From a virus (taxonomy: Duplodnaviria > Heunggongvirae > Uroviricota > Caudoviricetes), in the IMG/VR virus record IMGVR_UViG_3300043172_000799, positions 156,944 to 168,384 of that record: a DNA stretch of 11,441 nt; one strand, written 5' to 3'. Below the pieces are notes generated by a model, which was given only the letters and a program-made list of their open reading frames with translations, was not told the origin of the DNA and made no database searches. Made by a program: the position numbers and the translations under genes. The stretch's first letter is position 1, and every line of letters starts with the position of its first letter. Positions 8,199 to 11,441 of the stretch are shown here, in pieces.

Positions 8199-8759
8199 CT
8201 ATCTGTCCTTCTCAATTAAGTCCCAATTATTTGGTTTGTTCTCCATGATCCTAATTATATCATTTTCTGAATATGGTTTATAGTCATTGAACTCACAATT
8301 AACATTCAGCATTTTTCCTTCTGTATGTTGCTGTAAGTTCTGTATACCATGACCCTTAGCATGGTGATGCCCAAATAACATATATGAATTAAAGTGACTT
8401 TTATTCCAAGTTACCATTGGGTAATGACATAGGGCTATTGTAATACCCTTAACTTTAATATGTTTCAATTCACTTATAGAAGTACAGTAAAATTCCCATT
8501 TTTTGTATTCCTTTAAGTCATGATTCCCTAGTAGCCAATGAAAGGACACTCCTGATGGGAGTTCATCAAAAACACGCTGATATGCAGATTTACTCCAAGA
8601 TAGATCTCCTAAAAAGAAAAATTCATCTCCCTTTTTGAGTGGGGAAAACATATTTTTTAGTATTGTGTCATTCATTTCTTGTACAGATTCAAAAGGTCGA
8701 TCTAAAAACCTTATAACATTACCATGCCCCAAGTGCCAATCCGAACTCCAATATTTCAT
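8199..8759 (-). CDS. Calcineurin-like metallophosphoesterase
   Basis: SDWHLGH, LGDLS, LGNHD, CHYP, FGHHH: the full motif set. Confidence 0.92.
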   Translation of the reverse strand: MKYWSSDWHLGHGNVIRFLDRPFESVQEMNDTILKNMFSPLKKGDEFFFLGDLSWSKSAYQRVFDELPSGVSFHWLLGNHDLKEYKKWEFYCTSISELKHIKVKGITIALCHYPMVTWNKSHFNSYMLFGHHHAKGHGIQNLQQHTEGKMLNVNCEFNDYKPYSENDIIRIMENKPNNWDLIEKDR

Positions 8760-8965
8760 ACCTGTTCCTCCTCATCCAATATCTCTTCTACTAAAATAAA
8801 AGATCCACAATTCTTACATGCCAGTCGGATAAACCCAGAGGTATCTACTCCATCTTCTTCCAGCGTATTACCACAAACCCCACATATCCCTTCACGCCAT
8901 AAAGATCTTTCATATAGTATATATCCTAATACCAAAGCTAACAGTATTCCAGTTGCTGTCCACAT
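8756..8965 (-). CDS. Small membrane-anchored zinc-ribbon protein, 69 aa
   Basis: N-terminal hydrophobic helix, CGVCG and CKNCG; SD AGGAGG; ATGA overlap with the next gene. Confidence 0.75.
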   Translation of the reverse strand: MWTATGILLALVLGYILYERSLWREGICGVCGNTLEEDGVDTSGFIRLACKNCGSFILVEEILDEEEQV

Positions 8966-9002
8966 TAATCACCTCCTGTATTCATGTATATGATTGTTTT
9001 AA

Positions 9003-9083
9003 TTAATTATCCTGTATTGTCTTCAAATATTCACATTCGTGATTACCACATAAAGGCCAGCATGTTCTAGCTATGCTTTTCAT
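9003..9083 (-). CDS. Possible 26-aa Cys-containing peptide
   Basis: MKSIARTCWPLCGNHECEYLKTIQDN; only a weak, distant AAGGA. Confidence 0.25.
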   Translation of the reverse strand: MKSIARTCWPLCGNHECEYLKTIQDN

Positions 9084-9120
9084 ATAGTGTATTTTATCCT
9101 TAGTGTTTTTAAATATTTTT

Positions 9121-9162
9121 AAAAAAAATGTGAGTGGACACTAGCCTGTGCCACACTCACAT
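9121..9162 (-). terminator. Intrinsic terminator closing the RNA-rich unit
   Basis: ATGTGAGTG...CACTCACAT arms (9 bp plus imperfect inner stem), followed on the minus strand by a T run. Confidence 0.8.
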
Positions 9163-9177
9163 ATACCCATTATAAAA

Positions 9178-9380
9178 GAGGGGAAGAATCGTTCTAAAAT
9201 GAAAATAGATAATAGTTAATTGTATAGTAAATTTTATAGTTTTAATTTTTAACATACCTGTGTGGTTCAGCATAATCTAAGGATTGTAAGTTTTTAATCT
9301 TGATTCACCGCACATAGTCAGCTTTGTATCCGTTAGGATAAACATAACTATTATTTCATAATGTACTGAATTCTTCCCTA
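9178..9380 (-). ncRNA. Candidate structured RNA downstream of the DIP1984-family gene
   Basis: Terminal stem GGGAAGAAT (9378-9370) / ATTCTTCCC (9189-9181). Nested hairpin ATAGTTA/TGACTAT enclosing TATCC-TAAC-GGATA. Second arm TGTGCGGT/ACCACACA enclosing AATCAAGATT/AATCCTTAGATT. Then a G-free tract. Confidence 0.6.
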
Positions 9381-9385
9381 TTTAA

Positions 9386-9829
9386 TTAAACTTCAATCTC
9401 CCAGTTAGCTTTCTGGAGTTCTCTATCCAAATCTCTTCTGCCTTTCTCAATATCCTCTAGCATTTCTGTAATACCATGAATATCAAAATTCTTCTCCATT
9501 TCAATAATTGTATCAGAACCGTATCCCAGTGATTGTTTGTTACTAGCAGACATGAGGCGTTGTCTTATTGACGAATGTAGGGCAATATTTGCATCCATTT
9601 CTCTGAGCTTCAGCAGTCTCTCAGAATTAACAACATTTGCCTTATCTATTTTAATGTTAAGAGCTAATAGATTCTTCATAAGAGTTTGGCACTCCTCAAA
9701 CTTTGTCGTTGGATCAAACATTTTTTCTTCATCTTTTTCAGTGACTATGACTGTATGAAGTTCCAACTGTACTCTGGATATTTTCTTTTTAATATCATTT
9801 CTTTCCATAAATGCTTCTTGTAGTTTCAT
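9386..9829 (-). CDS. DIP1984-family (DUF6847) helical protein
   Basis: Matches the family pattern as recalled: MKLxEA..R.D, DP, I.K.N, R.LD..LQ.ANW..EV; 147 aa; SD AAGGAG. Confidence 0.8.
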   Translation of the reverse strand: MKLQEAFMERNDIKKKISRVQLELHTVIVTEKDEEKMFDPTTKFEECQTLMKNLLALNIKIDKANVVNSERLLKLREMDANIALHSSIRQRLMSASNKQSLGYGSDTIIEMEKNFDIHGITEMLEDIEKGRRDLDRELQKANWEIEV

Positions 9830-9863
9830 ATTCTCTCCTTACTTAATCTAAAATTAAAATCTA

Positions 9864-9937
9864 TTGCGGAGGAGGGACTTGAACCCACGACCTTCGGGAT
9901 ATGAGCCCGACGAGCTACCAACTGCTACCACTCCGCT
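9864..9937 (-). tRNA. tRNA-fMet (CAT), initiator type
   Basis: Anticodon arm TCGGG-CTCATAT-CCCGA with three consecutive G-C pairs; A1:A72 mismatch; T-loop TTCAAGT; no encoded CCA. Confidence 0.93.
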
Positions 9938-9943
9938 GTATAT

Positions 9944-10016
9944 CATCCCCAATTCGACTTGAACGAATGCATAATGGATTCAAAATCCACCGTGTTACCA
10001 ACTTCACCATAGGGAC
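9944..10016 (-). tRNA. tRNA-Gln (TTG)
   Basis: Acceptor GTCCCTA/TGGGGAT, G73; anticodon arm GTGGA-TTTTGAA-TCCAT; T-arm ATTCG-TTCAAGT-CGAAT. Confidence 0.9.
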
Positions 10017-10021
10017 ATAAA

Positions 10022-10150
10022 AGTACTTATTAGACGATCTCCAACAGTTAGGATTACAGAACTGTATCTGCATTGTTATATCTGTTTACTAGACAGAAGC
10101 CGTTCTCATCGTCACTTCTGCCATCAGAATATAATGTCTTAGTACTTATT
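10022..10150 (+). repeat. 10-bp direct repeat AGTACTTATT (10022-10031 and 10141-10150)
   Basis: Exact copies 119 nt apart, bracketing the Leu-Gln spacer. Confidence 0.8.
10031..10129 (-). ncRNA. Candidate tRNA-sized structured RNA or degenerate tRNA
   Basis: Closing stem GACGAT/ATCGTC; arm TCTGT-CTAGTAA-ACAGA; hairpin ACAGTT/AACTGT; 5' hairpin TTCTG-ATGG-CAGAA. No canonical D or T arm. Confidence 0.4.
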
Positions 10151-10231
10151 ACCCCAAGAGAGACTTGAACTCTCACACCTTTCGGTACTAGATCCTAAAT
10201 CTAGCGTGTCTACCAATTTCACCATCAGGGC
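10150..10231 (-). tRNA. tRNA-Leu (TAG)
   Basis: Anticodon arm CTAGA-TTTAGGA-TCTAG; long variable arm TACC-GAAA-GGTG; T-arm GAGAG-TTCAAGT-CTCTC; A73. Confidence 0.95.
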
Positions 10232-10249
10232 GTAAAATAACCTTTATTT

Positions 10250-10700
10250 CAATACAGCTATTGCAAGTCACTATACCTACGTAAAGGATGTTAATCAATA
10301 TCAGTCGGGGAGCTAATAGCTTATTAGCTCCTTTACCCTTCATGAGGGAAATCCGGTTGTGTCCTTCGGGTCAACAAATCCCAAAGCCAATCCCCATTAA
10401 CGTTATCCAGAACCGAACAAAATTAACAATTACATATAGGGTTTTCACCTACACCAAGGACTCCACCTCTTTAGTATCAAACCCATAGTCACTTGGGATA
10501 ATCCTTATTACGCCGACTAAACGGTATCTCATGTTATCTCCAGATACTGGTTTGGACTCACACCATACTTCGTGGGCTGATCACTTTTTTGCCGAGACGA
10601 TCCCACATCACGTCGCAAATACTACTGCTATGACCTACAGTACTGCCATCATTCTCCTGTTTAGGCAAAATCTGTATAAATACGCATGGTTTCCCACGAG
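10250..10700 (-). ncRNA. Candidate large structured RNA (~430-450 nt) inside the tRNA array
   Basis: Nested end pairing ATACAG (10677-72)/CTGTAT (10257-52) and TGCCTA (10667-62)/TAGGTA (10279-74). Tandem T-loop-like hairpins 10457-10468 and 10436-10452. Perfect 10-bp hairpin 10309-10331. GAAA hairpin 10685-10698. No long minus-strand ORF. Confidence 0.6.
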
Positions 10701-10709
10701 GAGCGTTTT

Positions 10710-10781
10710 CAGGTCATTAAAGACTTGAACTCTATCTGAGGAATTTGGAATTCCTAGTGCTACCGATTACACCAATGACCT
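10710..10781 (-). tRNA. tRNA-Trp (CCA)
   Basis: Acceptor AGGTCAT/ATGACCT, G73; anticodon arm AGGAA-TTCCAAA-TTCCT; T-loop TTCAAGT. Confidence 0.93.
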
Positions 10782-10789
10782 ATGTTTAT

Positions 10790-10868
10790 TGGAATAGAGG
10801 GGTATCAATCCCTATACTAACAAGTGCCCTTTCGGGATTTCATATTAGTTGAAGCCATTCACTATCCC
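10790..10868 (-). ncRNA. tmRNA tRNA-like-domain-only RNA (mini-tmRNA candidate)
   Basis: Acceptor GGGATAG/CTATTCC with G3.U70 and A73. 14-nt stemless D-loop TGAATGGCTTCAAC. P2-like stem TAATA/TGTTA capped by CCC-GAAA-GGG. Imperfect T-arm AGGG-ATTGATAC-CCCT. Confidence 0.72.
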
Positions 10869-10874
10869 TTTATT

Positions 10875-11099
10875 TTATTCTACTGAATCTACAGACTCAT
10901 ACAAAGCCCAACCAACAACGTAAACAGGTACTGCAAGTGTTTCTACAAAAATGATAGAACATATTACATTTGTAGGTGATATCTGGTACTCCACATCAGG
11001 CATTTTCTGTTCTGGGTTAAGCAACCCATAATAATGCTTATTGGAATCACAACTAAAAAGTACTAAAGCTACAATTAGAATCATAATAATTTTTTTCAT
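10875..11099 (-). CDS. Small predicted lipoprotein with second hydrophobic segment, 74 aa
   Basis: MKK + hydrophobic core + LFS-C lipobox; C-terminal NVICSIIFVETLAVPVYVVGWALYE. Confidence 0.85.
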   Translation of the reverse strand: MKKIIMILIVALVLFSCDSNKHYYGLLNPEQKMPDVEYQISPTNVICSIIFVETLAVPVYVVGWALYESVDSVE

Positions 11100-11272
11100 T
11101 ATTCAAATACCTCATAACAATCATACTTATCATATTGTGGATCAAACCCACAGTCCTCATCATCTATGTGAACCAAAATAGTTTCCTCAGAAGGGAAGAG
11201 ATCCCAACGTATGTGAAATGTAAATGGTTCTTCCATAGCTCTAAATACTTCAATACAAAATAATCTATTCAT
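11099..11272 (-). CDS. Small acidic hypothetical protein, 57 aa
   Basis: Below the ORF track cutoff; read by hand: MNRLFCIEVFRAMEEPFTFHIRWDLFPSEETILVHIDDEDCGFDPQYDKYDCYEVFE. SD AAAGGAG; TAATG coupling to the lipoprotein gene; first gene after a promoter. Confidence 0.8.
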   Translation of the reverse strand: MNRLFCIEVFRAMEEPFTFHIRWDLFPSEETILVHIDDEDCGFDPQYDKYDCYEVFE

Positions 11273-11292
11273 AATTTCTCCTTTCTTATTAC

Positions 11293-11321
11293 ACTATAAC
11301 ACGATTCTCATTATCTGTCAA
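11293..11321 (-). promoter_or_regulatory. sigma70-type promoter of the RNA-rich unit
   Basis: TTGACA (11321-11316), 17-nt spacer, TATAGT (11298-11293). Confidence 0.85.
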
Positions 11322-11440
11322 GTACTTTTATCCAAAGTAATTTTTTCATAGCAATGTGGGCAGATTATAGTTTTTCCAACTACAATCATATCCTGTACTT
11401 CTACGATTAGTCCATCCACACAAATATTGTATTGATCATC
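11318..11440 (-). CDS. 3' end of a gene entering from the right edge
   Basis: Open frame ...DDQYNICVDGLIVEVQDMIVVGKTIICPHCYEKITLDKST-TGA; CPHC motif; the stop overlaps the -35 box. Confidence 0.6.
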   Translation of the reverse strand, partial: DDQYNICVDGLIVEVQDMIVVGKTIICPHCYEKITLDKST

Positions 11441-11441
11441 G

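Noticed and set aside
9084-9120. sigma70 promoter for the replication block after the terminator
   Set aside because: A TAAAAT is present but no -35 at proper spacing. A phage-specific promoter is possible but cannot be identified here.
9195-9252. CRISPR array or replication-origin iterons
   Set aside because: The units are 5-7 nt and degenerate, with no repeat-spacer pattern.
10340-10470. RNase P RNA: GAGGTGGAGTCC and ACACAACCGGATTT resemble the two P4 strands
   Set aside because: They are only ~100 nt apart, the other conserved RNase P regions were not found, and the first motif folds as a local hairpin.
10371-10532. Amber recoding joining the two micro-ORFs
   Set aside because: TAG is a real stop for vWA, PncA and SNF2 in this window, and no suppressor tRNA is present.
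1307-10728. All plus-strand ORFs in the track, plus minus-strand 3833-4030
   Set aside because: They are shadows or alternate frames of well-supported minus-strand genes or RNAs, with no recognisable motifs.

Overview
AT-rich segment, most likely from a large dsDNA phage. All convincing genes are on the minus strand and consensus sigma70-type promoters are present. Reading in the direction of transcription (right to left) there are three blocks. (1) An RNA-rich unit (promoter 11293-11321 to terminator 9121-9162) with two small ORFs, a 79-nt RNA that looks like the tRNA-like domain of tmRNA without an mRNA domain, tRNA-Trp, a ~430-nt structured RNA candidate, tRNA-Leu, a tRNA-sized structured spacer, tRNA-Gln, tRNA-fMet, a DIP1984/DUF6847-family gene and a ~200-nt structured 3' RNA. 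(2) A replication block: metallophosphoesterase, small Cys-rich ORFs, SNF2-type helicase, two free-standing HNH endonucleases and a DnaB-like helicase. (3) An NAD salvage unit: nicotinamidase PncA, an unknown ORF, a vWA protein and NH3-dependent NAD synthetase NadE, which runs off the left edge. RNA structures were folded by eye and protein families were assigned by motif recognition. No database search was run.
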